A stretch of DNA of 20,000 nucleotides from Pseudomonadota bacterium (GTDB lineage Bacteria; Desulfobacterota; Desulfobacteria; Desulfobacterales; JBDRRP01): NCBI GenBank assembly GCA_043825735.1, contig JBDRRP010000071.1, positions 123,843 to 143,842 of the forward strand. Direction: 5' to 3'. The notes under the pieces are model-generated. The model was not told the DNA's origin. It was given only the letters and a program-made list of their open reading frames with translations, and made no database searches. The position numbers and the translations under genes were made by a program. Below are positions 1-8,717 of the stretch, one piece after another. The number at the start of each line of letters is the position of its first letter. Position 1 is the first letter of the stretch.

Positions 1-2
1 GT

Positions 3-1211
3 TACGACAACCACGAGGGTGCACCGCTGGGCATGCTTTGCATCCTCAGGGACATTTCCGAAAACAAGCAGCTCCAGGCCCAGTTTCACCAGGCCCAGCG
101 CCTGGAAGCCATCGGCACCCTGGCCGGCGGTGTGGCTCATGACTTCAATAACCTGCTCATGGGGCTTCAGGGCAACGTGTCATTGATGCAAATGATACTC
201 GATCCCGATCTTCCTCAACAAAAGAACCTCAAGACCATGGAATCGCTGATCTCGCGCGGGGCAGAATTAACCGGACAGCTTTTGGGGTTTGCCCGTGCCG
301 GAAAATACGAGGTTAAGCCCACCGATTTGAACGATATCGTTGGGAAAACCGCCGACATGTTCGGGCGGACGAAAAAGGAAATCCACATCGAAAAGCGATT
401 CCATCAGGATTTGCCCACGGTTTCAGTGGATCGCAGGCAGGTGGAACAGGTGTTGCTGAATATTTTCGTCAATGCCTGGCAAGCCATGCCCACTGGGGGC
501 GACCTCGTCATCGAAACCGGCACTACCCAATTGACGGCCATTCAGACAGCCGGGTGCAACTGCGGCCCCGGCCGGTACGTCTATATTTCGATCCAGGATA
601 ACGGCGTAGGCATACCGGCTGCCGTTCAGCAGCGTATCTTCGATCCTTTTTTCACCACCAAGGAAATGGGCCGGGGAACCGGGCTTGGGTTGGCGTCATC
701 TTACGGGATTTTGCAGAACCACGGCGGGTTCATCAAGGTTTCCAGTACCGAAGGCATGGGCTCCACATTCACGCTTTACCTGCCGGTGGCCGATGTATCG
801 AAACGGCCGGAACCGGTGACCGAGGACACGTTGACCACCGGAGCCGGAACGATTCTGCTGGTTGATGACGAACCCTTTGTACTGGACGTGGGCTGCCAGA
901 TGCTGGAGAGACTGGGCTACCGGGTGAAGTCCGCCGGTGACAGCAGCCAGGCCATCGACTTGTTTCGCCGTTACCACGCGGAAATCGATGCGGTGATCCT
1001 GGACATGATCATGCCCGGGGTCGGGGGCGGGGAGACCTTCGATCTGCTGCTGGGCATCTCTCCCGGCGTTAAAGTGCTGCTATCCTCCGGATACAGTCTC
1101 GACGGTCAGGCCGAGGAAATCCTTCGTCGTGGGTGCCGGGGATTTATCCAGAAGCCCTTTTCCATTCAAACCCTGTCTACCAAGATCCGTGAAATTCTTC
1201 AAAATGGCTGA
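3..1211 (+). CDS. Hybrid sensor histidine kinase / response regulator (PAC-HisKA-HATPase-REC), 5'-truncated by window edge
   Basis: Frame is open from position 3. Has a PAC-like end (GMLCILRDISE), H-box LAGGVAHDFNN, N-box NIFVNAWQAM, G1 DNGVG, FDPFFTTK, G2 GTGLGL, and a C-terminal receiver (LLVDDE, ILDMIMP, FIQKPF). Confidence 0.95.
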   Translation, partial: YDNHEGAPLGMLCILRDISENKQLQAQFHQAQRLEAIGTLAGGVAHDFNNLLMGLQGNVSLMQMILDPDLPQQKNLKTMESLISRGAELTGQLLGFARAGKYEVKPTDLNDIVGKTADMFGRTKKEIHIEKRFHQDLPTVSVDRRQVEQVLLNIFVNAWQAMPTGGDLVIETGTTQLTAIQTAGCNCGPGRYVYISIQDNGVGIPAAVQQRIFDPFFTTKEMGRGTGLGLASSYGILQNHGGFIKVSSTEGMGSTFTLYLPVADVSKRPEPVTEDTLTTGAGTILLVDDEPFVLDVGCQMLERLGYRVKSAGDSSQAIDLFRRYHAEIDAVILDMIMPGVGGGETFDLLLGISPGVKVLLSSGYSLDGQAEEILRRGCRGFIQKPFSIQTLSTKIREILQNG

Positions 1212-1231
1212 CGACAATCCGCTACCGCAGA

Positions 1232-2311
1232 CTACTCGGCCTCGGACACGCCCGCCTGGTCGAAGGTCATCATTTCGGTAAATATCCTGACGGCACTGTC
1301 CATGATGGTCATGGCCATGGCGCCGCCGGTGCCTTCGCCTAGCCGCAGGCCAAGGTCGAGAATGGGTTTCAGCCCTAAATGGGCCAGCATGATCCGGTGC
1401 CCGGGTTCTTCTGAACAGTGGCCGGCGAACATGATGTCCGCGGCATGGGGACAGAGTGCGTGAGCGATGAGGGCACCGGCCGTTGAGATGAATCCGTCCA
1501 CGACGACGGGGCAGCGAAAATAGGCGGCACCGAGAATGACCCCGGCGATGCCGCCGATTTCAAACCCGCCCACTTTGGCCAGGATGTCCAGACCGTCAGA
1601 CGGGTCCGGGCGGTTGATGGCAATGCCCCGCTCGATGACCGCCTTTTTGTTGACCAGGGCCGCATCGTCGATGCCCGTGCCGCGCCCGACCATGTCATCG
1701 AGCCCCGCACCGGTGACGACAGACCCGATGGCTGCCGACGGGGTGGTGTTGCCGATGCCCATGTCACCGGTACCGAGCATGCGCACACCGGCATCGAAAA
1801 GCCGGGCGGCATGGCGGAAACCGGCCATGATGGCCGCTTGGGCCTCATTGCGAGACATCGCCGGGCCCTGGGCGAAATTGTTTGTTCCGGGCCGGATTTT
1901 TTCCACGTAGAAACGGTCGCCGCCTTTCAGTTGAGCCGGATCCAGATCGGGCACGATGCCCATATCCACCACCTCCACCTCGGCGCCGGCCTGGCGCGCC
2001 AGCACATTGATGCCCGCGCCGCCGATGAGAAAACACTTGATCATCTCCCCGGTCACCGCCTGGGGAAAGGCGCTCACACCTTCGGCCGCCACGCCATGAT
2101 CGCCGGCCATGACGAGAAATGCCCGACGCCCGATATCGGGAGTGAGCGTTTCCTGGATGGCGCAAAGGCGTTCGGAGATGTCGTGGAGCCGGCCCAGTGC
2201 CCGTGGGGGTATGGCCAGGCGGGCGGTGCGTGCCTTGGCCTTGTCGATCCATTCCTTCGAGATGGGTGAAATGCCGGAAATGATTTGGGCCAGAGTGGGG
2301 GGGTGATTCAT
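1232..2311 (-). CDS. cobT: Nicotinate-nucleotide--dimethylbenzimidazole phosphoribosyltransferase
   Basis: Motifs MAGDHGV, GDMGIGNTT, GRGTG, VGGFEI, VVDGFIS and LGLRLGEGTG. Start placed at ATG 2311 behind a GGAGG RBS, because the longer ORF start at 2470 translates a hexamer repeat. Lies downstream of a B12 riboswitch. Confidence 0.95.
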   Translation of the reverse strand: MNHPPTLAQIISGISPISKEWIDKAKARTARLAIPPRALGRLHDISERLCAIQETLTPDIGRRAFLVMAGDHGVAAEGVSAFPQAVTGEMIKCFLIGGAGINVLARQAGAEVEVVDMGIVPDLDPAQLKGGDRFYVEKIRPGTNNFAQGPAMSRNEAQAAIMAGFRHAARLFDAGVRMLGTGDMGIGNTTPSAAIGSVVTGAGLDDMVGRGTGIDDAALVNKKAVIERGIAINRPDPSDGLDILAKVGGFEIGGIAGVILGAAYFRCPVVVDGFISTAGALIAHALCPHAADIMFAGHCSEEPGHRIMLAHLGLKPILDLGLRLGEGTGGAMAMTIMDSAVRIFTEMMTFDQAGVSEAE

Positions 2312-2395
2312 AGGATCCTCCGTATGGAAAAGTGCTTGGTTTTTTGTGTTATAGCAATTGTCAGAATAATGTTCCGTTTGATCCCCAAGGTTCTC

Positions 2396-2464
2396 TCGGG
2401 ATCGAAATCGGGATCGAAATCGATGTTTTCCCAGGCCGATACCGATAGCGATAGCGATTTCGAT
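2396..2464. repeat. Inverted hexamer-repeat element: (ATCGNN)n - spacer - (NCGATN)n
   Basis: ATCGAA ATCGGG ATCGAA ATCGAT (2401-2424) faces CCGATA CCGATA GCGATA GCGATT TCGAT (2436-2464). ATCGAAATCG pairs perfectly with CGATTTCGAT. Confidence 0.8.
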
Positions 2465-2574
2465 GCTCACACGGTGTTGTTGTGCAAACGGAACGAATTT
2501 ATGCCAATAGCGCCATACCCTTCAGTCTGCCGCTTTCACACCGCCAGGGGCCAAAAGATGCCATCTGTCATTTT

Positions 2575-2718
2575 GTGTTCGTTCACAGATGGTAGGTTTT
2601 GGTTCCTGGCAAGGCCCGAGCACTTTTGCAACCGCAGGCATAGTGCGTCTATGTCGAGGATTGCAAAAGGAGCGAGAACGCCGCCAGGGGCCAAAAGATG
2701 CCATCTGTGGACGAACAC
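2575..2718. repeat. ~145-bp long-hairpin (MITE/ERIC-like) element, copy A, with a 28-bp duplicate of its right arm at 2541-2568
   Basis: Terminal IR GTGTTCGTTCACAGATGGTA / TGCCATCTGTGGACGAACAC with nested stems. Homologous to 19464-19606. CCGCCAGGGGCCAAAAGATGCCATCTGT occurs at both 2541 and 2681. Confidence 0.9.
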
Positions 2719-2720
2719 AC

Positions 2721-2756
2721 AAAAAAAATCCCCACACCGTCACCGGTCCGGGGATT
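2721..2756 (-). terminator. Intrinsic terminator, probable expression platform of the cobalamin riboswitch
   Basis: Minus strand reads ATCCCC-GG-ACCG-GTGA-CGGT-GT-GGGGAT followed by a T run, about 25 nt after the aptamer. Confidence 0.75.
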
Positions 2757-2778
2757 TACCATTTCCTCCAGCGAATCG

Positions 2779-2980
2779 TCGTGTGCGGCAGGTCTTCTGA
2801 CTCGCCCCTGCGCATCGGCGGCCTTCCCGTCCACCTTTTGGCGGGCAGTGACCCTGATCTGCCGATCCGGTTCCTTCACCTGCCGGTTCAGCAGGGGAGG
2901 GGGGGCTCACAGCGGCGGGACCGTCCCGGCTTTTACCGGATTCCCTTTTCACCCGCCTGCGGCGGGCACCGCCCACGGTG
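2779..2980 (-). ncRNA. Cobalamin (AdoCbl) riboswitch
   Basis: Minus strand carries the canonical motifs in order: GGTG-hairpin-TGAAAAGGGAA, CCCGCCGCTGTGA, GTCACTG...GGGAAGGC, and B12 box GAGTCAGAAGACCTGCC. P1 is CGTGGGCGG/CCGCACACG. Upstream of cobT. Confidence 0.95.
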
Positions 2981-2998
2981 GGCTTGATGATGACGTCG

Positions 2999-3027
2999 TG
3001 AATAAGGGATTGGCGGCGCCCTGTCAA
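2999..3027 (-). promoter_or_regulatory. Putative sigma70 promoter for the riboswitch-cobT transcript
   Basis: TTGACA (3027-3022), 17-nt spacer, then a weak -10 TATTCA, about 20 nt upstream of the aptamer. Confidence 0.5.
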
Positions 3028-3042
3028 GCGTCAATCGTTTTC

Positions 3043-4554
3043 TCAAAAAGCGCCAAAGGCCATGTGCGCGCAGGCGTAAACCATCAGGGTCAGGCAAATC
3101 GTCTGGACCACCATACGCCGGCGCGCCGTAAAATGCCAGGGGGGCAGCAGGTACGCCGTCATGAATCCGGCGCTCGAGAAAAAAACGGTGAACAAACCTG
3201 CATTGCCGGGCATCCATGCGGGGATCAGGCTCGTGAGATAGACGTATCCGGCCAGGGACACCGCAACGGCTTTGAGTCGCCGAGGTCCGCGCACCATGGC
3301 GTACAGCCAGGCCGGCAGCACCAGTAGAAACCACAGCGGCCCGAACCATGCCCCGGCCGCCGCTTTGTGCCAGGTGACCGCAAACGGTGCTGCCGCGCCC
3401 CGAGCGCCGCAAAACGGGAACACGGCCACGGTATAGAAACGGTCGATCATCGCGGCGGGCGAAACTCCGATCAACCGCAGGCACAGGCTGTCGGCGGCAG
3501 AGGTGAGGTGAAAGCTTTCAAGGAAATAGCGCACCAGATTGGCGCCGCCGCCCACGATGCCGTCGGGGTTTTGCGCATAGTGCGCTTTGGCGGCGGTGCC
3601 CCCCGCCATCTGAAACACCTGAGAAAATACGGTCAATGGCGCTATGGCCAGCATCGCCAGGCCCGGTTTGTCGGCGATCAGACGCCACCAGCGCCTGCCT
3701 CCGTGTCGACGAAACAGCACCACGCCTGAAAGGGCGACGAGAATGATGGGGGCGGTGACGCCCATGGGGTTGTCCGACACCGCGAAGGTGATCCCCAGCC
3801 CCAGGAGGAGAAAGTCCGGCGCCGTTGGCTGTTCCACGGTGCGGTACAGCGCCAGCAGGGCGAATACGACGGCCGCCGCCGGGATCAACTCCAGGCCGGG
3901 CGTGGTCGCCTGCATGACCAGGCGCGGCGCGCTCATGACGATCATGGCCACGGTCAACGCGGTTTCCGGCCAAGCGTAGCGCCGCGCCAGGGCGTAGGTG
4001 GCCGCACCGATGGATCCGTAGGAGAGCAGTCCGAACAGTCCCAGACCGAAACGCGTGTGGAAGCGCAGGGTCAGGTGGGAAAGAATGCGGTGGTTGAGAA
4101 ATGGGCCGGAGACGGTCAGGCCGCCGTGCTTTTCCATATCGAGCACCGGCCATAAAGACGCCCACTGATCCATGTCCGGCTGAAAGACCATGGCGTTCCA
4201 GCCCAGCCAGATTACTGCCAGGAAGAGAACGGCCAGCGCCAAGGGGCTGTGCCGGGCGGTGTTTTGCAGCGTCGATACCGCCCCCGAAGGGCGCCCCGCC
4301 CGACGGGTGAGGTAAAAAGCCGCTGCTGTCACGAGGAGTGTCTCGGCCAGGTGCCCCGCAGACGGCAGGCCGGTCAGAAACGTCGCCTGGTAAAGGAAAG
4401 AAAGGGCCATCATTGTGCCGATGGCCCCATAGGCGGCAGACTCGGCAAAGGTCAGTCCGTAGCGCAGACCCAGTGAGACACCCGCCGTAACAATCACGAT
4501 CACTTCGCCCGCAGCGGCCACGCCGGCAAGGATCTGTCCCCAGGGCCCCGTCAT
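3043..4554 (-). CDS. Polytopic membrane protein, probable GT-C/PMT_2 (ArnT/GT39-like) fold
   Basis: 503 aa with many hydrophobic helices. The segment YALARRY...ALTVAMIVMSAPRLVMQATT...ELIPAAAVVFALLALYR...FLLLGLGITFAVS follows the PMT_2-like pattern. Confidence 0.6.
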   Translation of the reverse strand: MTGPWGQILAGVAAAGEVIVIVTAGVSLGLRYGLTFAESAAYGAIGTMMALSFLYQATFLTGLPSAGHLAETLLVTAAAFYLTRRAGRPSGAVSTLQNTARHSPLALAVLFLAVIWLGWNAMVFQPDMDQWASLWPVLDMEKHGGLTVSGPFLNHRILSHLTLRFHTRFGLGLFGLLSYGSIGAATYALARRYAWPETALTVAMIVMSAPRLVMQATTPGLELIPAAAVVFALLALYRTVEQPTAPDFLLLGLGITFAVSDNPMGVTAPIILVALSGVVLFRRHGGRRWWRLIADKPGLAMLAIAPLTVFSQVFQMAGGTAAKAHYAQNPDGIVGGGANLVRYFLESFHLTSAADSLCLRLIGVSPAAMIDRFYTVAVFPFCGARGAAAPFAVTWHKAAAGAWFGPLWFLLVLPAWLYAMVRGPRRLKAVAVSLAGYVYLTSLIPAWMPGNAGLFTVFFSSAGFMTAYLLPPWHFTARRRMVVQTICLTLMVYACAHMAFGAF

Positions 4555-4621
4555 CAGGGCAATACCCTTTCCGGCGCCAAGGGATTCGCGATCGCCCCAT
4601 CACAAGTGCGTCCTGCCGGTA

Positions 4622-5017
4622 TCAATCCATCTCCGTTTCCGGCTGCGTCCCTGGTGTGCCGTCGCCTTCCTTGATGGCTTTTTTTCTCGCCCGTTCGGTT
4701 TTCATGTGGGCGACGATTTCTATCATAAAATCTCTCATTTCCGTAGCCATTCGAAGGCACTCGGGGCAGTAAACCTTGCGAAAGATTTTGTCGTGGGCTT
4801 CGATGTGATGCCAGTACCAGGCCGGGTAAGGGGAGCCCTTGCAGAATTTTTTCCCGGTATACTCGGCGATGGGACATCCATAGCAGATCAGCGCATAGAA
4901 GATCCGGCAGGGCGGGCAGTCTAGCACGCCGCCATCGGAGCGCTTACCCGCGATGATGCGGTTCCATTTTTCAACCGAGGACTCCATGATTGTGATTCTG
5001 TCCGTGGGGGGCTCCAT
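4622..5017 (-). CDS. Small Cys/His-rich hypothetical protein (probable metal-binding)
   Basis: 131 aa from ATG 5017, just after the deacetylase stop. Motif CxxC-x7-CxxC-x10-C...HHxxxH...CxxC. Confidence 0.75.
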   Translation of the reverse strand: MEPPTDRITIMESSVEKWNRIIAGKRSDGGVLDCPPCRIFYALICYGCPIAEYTGKKFCKGSPYPAWYWHHIEAHDKIFRKVYCPECLRMATEMRDFMIEIVAHMKTERARKKAIKEGDGTPGTQPETEMD

Positions 5018-5040
5018 TTCTCGGCCGCAAACCGGCCGCT

Positions 5041-6099
5041 TCACGCCGCCTTCAGGTTTTTCCAGTACCGCTGGTGCACGTGGCGGCAGCGGGAGACGGC
5101 ATAGTTGACTTTCTTTTTTTGGGCCGTGTCGGCACATGCGGCGACACGCGCATGCGTTTTATCGGACATTTCCCGCAGTACCGCGTCAACGCAGCCACCC
5201 AGGGTTTCGATGTGGTAGCCGCCTTCCAGTACCAAGGCCAGTCGGCCGCCGCAAAACTGGTCGGCCAGCGACATCAGGCACCGGGTGAGAACGGCAAATC
5301 CGTCCTCGCTCATGTTCATTGCGCCCATTGGATCCAGACGGTGGGTATCGAAGCCTGCCGAAACCAGAATTATTTCCGGTTGGTAGGCCTCGACCAGCGG
5401 CGGCAGGAGGTCAGCGTAAATGGCCGCGTATTCGCCGTCACCGTACCCTTTGGGCAGAGGCACGTTCATGGTGTATCCTTCGCCGCGCCCCCTGCCGGTT
5501 GATGTAAAATGGCCCGTGCCGGGAAAATGGGGAAACTGGTGTGTCGAAAAGAAAAACACGCCGCTGTCATCTTCGAAGATATGCTGGGTGCCGTTGCCGT
5601 GGTGAACGTCCCAATCGACGATGAGAATGCGCGAGATGCCAAAGGCCCTGCGGGCGAACGTTGCACCAATGGCCACATTGTTGAACAGGCAGTATCCCAT
5701 CGCGCGGCTGCGCTCGGCGTGATGCCCGGGCGGCCGCACCAGGGCAAAGGCGTTGTCCACGCGGCCTTCGAGGACGGCCGCCACGGCGGCGCAGAACCCA
5801 CCGGCAGCCAGCATGGCCGCATCGAAGGAGCCCGCAGATGTCATGGTATCGGGCGTGAGAATGACCTGGTCCCGGCCTGCGGTCGATGCAATGCGCTGAA
5901 AATACTCCGGTGTATGCACCTTCAGGATGTCTTCCGGAGCGGCGGTCACTGCCGGCAGCGAGGTCAATTCCGTTATCAGGCGGCTCTCGGTCAAATTCCG
6001 GTAAATGCTCGCCAACCGCGCCGGCCGTTCGGGGATATGCTCCTCGGGAACATGGCCCAGGTAGTGCGCATCTGTCACGATACCGGTTTTTCGCATCAT
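5041..6099 (-). CDS. Histone deacetylase family (Zn-dependent amidohydrolase; class II HDAC/AcuC/AphA-like)
   Basis: Motifs PERPAR, RPPGHHA, GYCLFNN, DWDVHHGNGTQ, SAGFD and LEGGY. Confidence 0.95.
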   Translation of the reverse strand: MMRKTGIVTDAHYLGHVPEEHIPERPARLASIYRNLTESRLITELTSLPAVTAAPEDILKVHTPEYFQRIASTAGRDQVILTPDTMTSAGSFDAAMLAAGGFCAAVAAVLEGRVDNAFALVRPPGHHAERSRAMGYCLFNNVAIGATFARRAFGISRILIVDWDVHHGNGTQHIFEDDSGVFFFSTHQFPHFPGTGHFTSTGRGRGEGYTMNVPLPKGYGDGEYAAIYADLLPPLVEAYQPEIILVSAGFDTHRLDPMGAMNMSEDGFAVLTRCLMSLADQFCGGRLALVLEGGYHIETLGGCVDAVLREMSDKTHARVAACADTAQKKKVNYAVSRCRHVHQRYWKNLKAA

Positions 6100-6135
6100 A
6101 GCATCCGTTTCACGATCGCCTGATCAGGCACCCCG

Positions 6136-7035
6136 TCACTGGGTCGCCGGCAGCGTCAACACCGCGCAGGGGGCCTTTCGCAGCAAGGCTTCGGTGGTTG
6201 AGCCAATAATCGTTTTTCTGACGGCACCCTGTCGTCTCACACCAACGATCACAAGATCGGCCGATTGACGGCGGGCGTAGTCGATGAGCACTTCACCGGG
6301 CGGTCCCGGTTCAACGGCCGTATGGACCGCGGAAAGATGCCGCGTCTCGTCTGAGACCGCATCTATGAGGCGCCATTGTATACGGCGCCGGAGTTCTTCC
6401 TGGACCAGCGTGTAGGGCCCTTCTGTGGGATCGAGGATATCTTCGTCAATAGGCCTTTCCAGCGCGTGCACCAGATGAAGATGCGCCTGAAACCGGCGGG
6501 CCATGTTCCATGCGAAATGGGGAATCGGGTCCGTCTGGGGATTCGGCCCACAGGCGGCCACGATGCACCGGATGTGGTCCGGATCGGTACTGCTGGCGTC
6601 TTTCCGGCTGGGCCGCAGCACCAGTATGGGTTTGGCGATTCTTCGGACGGCGCGCTCGATCACGTTTCCTAGGAGCATTCGCTGGACGCTGGAAAGTCCG
6701 TGGCTGGCCGCCACGATGAGATCGGCGCCTGTGTGACTCACCGCGCCGGAAAGGGTCTCTACGGGTTCCCCGAAAGCCACATGAGTGCTCCAGGAAACGG
6801 AGGCGCCGTCCATAATCGCTTGCATTTTTTCTTCTGCGTCGCGGGTTTTGTGGTGGCGCTTCCGGTTTCTCTCGGGGGCGTCCGTGTTGTGGAGGGTGTC
6901 TCTGGGGAAGTTGACGGAGTGAAAGAGGATCAACCGGGCTTTGAACCCCGCTGCCAAGCGGGTGCCCATTTCAACGATGGCATCCGTATGCCGGCTGAAA
7001 TCGACGGTGCACAGGATCGTCTTGAGTGGCTTCAT
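6136..7035 (-). CDS. Universal stress protein with two tandem USP domains
   Basis: N-domain ILCTVDFS...ADLIVAASHG...LLGNV. C-domain ADLVIVG...IIGSTTEALLRKAPCAVL. Start ATG 7035 follows a GGAGAG RBS. Confidence 0.92.
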   Translation of the reverse strand: MKPLKTILCTVDFSRHTDAIVEMGTRLAAGFKARLILFHSVNFPRDTLHNTDAPERNRKRHHKTRDAEEKMQAIMDGASVSWSTHVAFGEPVETLSGAVSHTGADLIVAASHGLSSVQRMLLGNVIERAVRRIAKPILVLRPSRKDASSTDPDHIRCIVAACGPNPQTDPIPHFAWNMARRFQAHLHLVHALERPIDEDILDPTEGPYTLVQEELRRRIQWRLIDAVSDETRHLSAVHTAVEPGPPGEVLIDYARRQSADLVIVGVRRQGAVRKTIIGSTTEALLRKAPCAVLTLPATQ

Positions 7036-7395
7036 GACAGGCACTCTCCGTATCGCAGCCCAACTAATCCAATGCCGTGCCCACGGTGTCAAGGTAAAAC
7101 CGGAATGCGCTCGCTCGGAAAACACGTGTTTGCGTTGCGTGCGCCATTGAACGGTTCACCACCAGCCGCATAAATATCATGAATAACAAAAAATAACATT
7201 AGGTTATGAAAAAGAATCCGGTGTTTGGTGAACTTCGTGGTGATCGAAAAGAGCGCTTGGGCAGTTGCCAATCAAGACTCCCCGGTGGTAGATTTTGCTA
7301 CCTGGCACTTGTCCGCCATTTTATCCGCCGATGAACGGTTTCTGGAAACCTGCCGGTATATGGATACCGGCTGCAAACCATTGAGCGATCCGTCC

Positions 7396-8235
7396 ATGCG
7401 ACAACTGCGGTCCATGCTCGTCTTCACGGTGGTCTTTTTTATTTTCACCGGTGCTGCGTGCTGCCGGGCAGAGGACTCCCGGCGCATCGTTCGCGTCAAC
7501 TATGTCTACGCCGCTCAATTGGGCATCGGCGGTTACGACGTGGGCGGTCTGTCGGTGCAGGTGTTTACCCTGACGCTGTCTCACACGGTTCCCATCGGCG
7601 ATGGCGACCGGTGGCGGCTGAAGCTCAAGGCGCCCATCAGCCTCGGCCTTTATTCGTTCAGGGGCAACGACGAAGATGGCACCCCCATTGCCGTTGACCA
7701 GCAGACCCTGGCCCTGCTTCCCGGACTGGAACTGCAGATTCCCATCTCCGATGACTGGACGCTCAAGCCGTTTGCGGACCTGGGGGCGGGGCGGGCGTTG
7801 GAAAGCAATACATCAACGGCGGTCATTTATACGACTGGAATCACGAGCCTTTATCGGAAGCGATGGGGGGCTTTTGATGTGGCGATGGGAAACGGCCTCT
7901 TTATTGCCGGAAACGGAACGGGGGCCAATGAACTGAGTACCTATTCGGCCATCGAAAACGGCGTCGAGGTCCGGCACCCGCTGGGGTGGCACGTTGGCGG
8001 CTTCATGGCGGACCTTGGTGTTATGGCCATCTACTATTACTACCCCAAGGCGCTGGAGTTCAGCCGTTTTCTACAGGACCCGCTCATGGTGAGAAACCAG
8101 CTCGAACTGGGTTTTTCCATCGGCTCGGCCGGCCCGTTGACGCTGTTTGGCGCCACCAATCCGCAAATTGGCGCCAGTACGATTTTCGGAGACGGCTTAA
8201 CGGTGTTCCGTTTCAATTTCGGATTCCCGTTTTGA
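7396..8235 (+). CDS. Hypothetical exported protein, probable outer-membrane beta-barrel
   Basis: Signal peptide-like N-terminus, amphipathic Gly/aromatic-rich strands, and C-terminal FRFNFGFPF ending in Phe. Start is uncertain (7360/7396/7414). Confidence 0.65.
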   Translation: MRQLRSMLVFTVVFFIFTGAACCRAEDSRRIVRVNYVYAAQLGIGGYDVGGLSVQVFTLTLSHTVPIGDGDRWRLKLKAPISLGLYSFRGNDEDGTPIAVDQQTLALLPGLELQIPISDDWTLKPFADLGAGRALESNTSTAVIYTTGITSLYRKRWGAFDVAMGNGLFIAGNGTGANELSTYSAIENGVEVRHPLGWHVGGFMADLGVMAIYYYYPKALEFSRFLQDPLMVRNQLELGFSIGSAGPLTLFGATNPQIGASTIFGDGLTVFRFNFGFPF

Positions 8236-8648
8236 TTCCAGGAGCGTGGCGCGGCGCTTTCGTGATCTGTAAGGGCAACCCGCCGATCTCCTGCTCCGCC
8301 GCCATCGGTATCCGGTAGGCAATGCGCGCTGCTGCGATCGGTAAACCGAAAAAATAAAGATTCGGGCGGCGTTGTTTCAGTTTGCATATCGATCTTTTTT
8401 AGGAATGGATTCGCTCGCTGCTCCCTCATTGGACTTGTCAGCGGCAACCGGCCCTTCGCAATCGTGCACGGGATGTCGCAAATGGGATCACGGAAAATGC
8501 CTTTGTGACGCCTGCCGGTGTCATTGGGTATAAAAGATTGAAGATTTTATGGCAACCACAAAAATACGAGCCTTGCTGCCGGATGGGGGGATGCCGTTCG
8601 CCCCTTTCCGGAAAAACACTGCGAGGATTTCCAGATTGAGGTAACTAT

Positions 8649-8677
8649 TTGACCTGTTGACCAAAAACTTTTATGTT
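8649..8677 (+). promoter_or_regulatory. Putative sigma70 promoter of the YbjQ operon
   Basis: TTGACC-N17-TATGTT, 40 nt before ATG 8718. Confidence 0.6.
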
Positions 8678-8717
8678 AGCCAAAATTCACTATCAATTTC
8701 ACTGACAGGTATTTGCA

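Noticed and set aside
2312..2470. 53-aa N-terminal extension of CobT in the ORF track
   Set aside because: It translates the hexamer repeat. A GGAGG RBS supports the start at 2311.
3518..4603. 361-aa alternative-frame ORF overlapping the membrane protein
   Set aside because: Arg/Gly/Pro-rich composition typical of GC-rich shadow frames, with no motifs.
7302..7320. TGGCAC as a sigma54 promoter
   Set aside because: No GC at the -12 position with GG-N10-GC spacing.
8400..8600. Possible c-di-GMP-I riboswitch (minus-strand GGGCCGGTTGCCG)
   Set aside because: Lacks the GGCAAA...GAAA...GCAAAG core of the aptamer.
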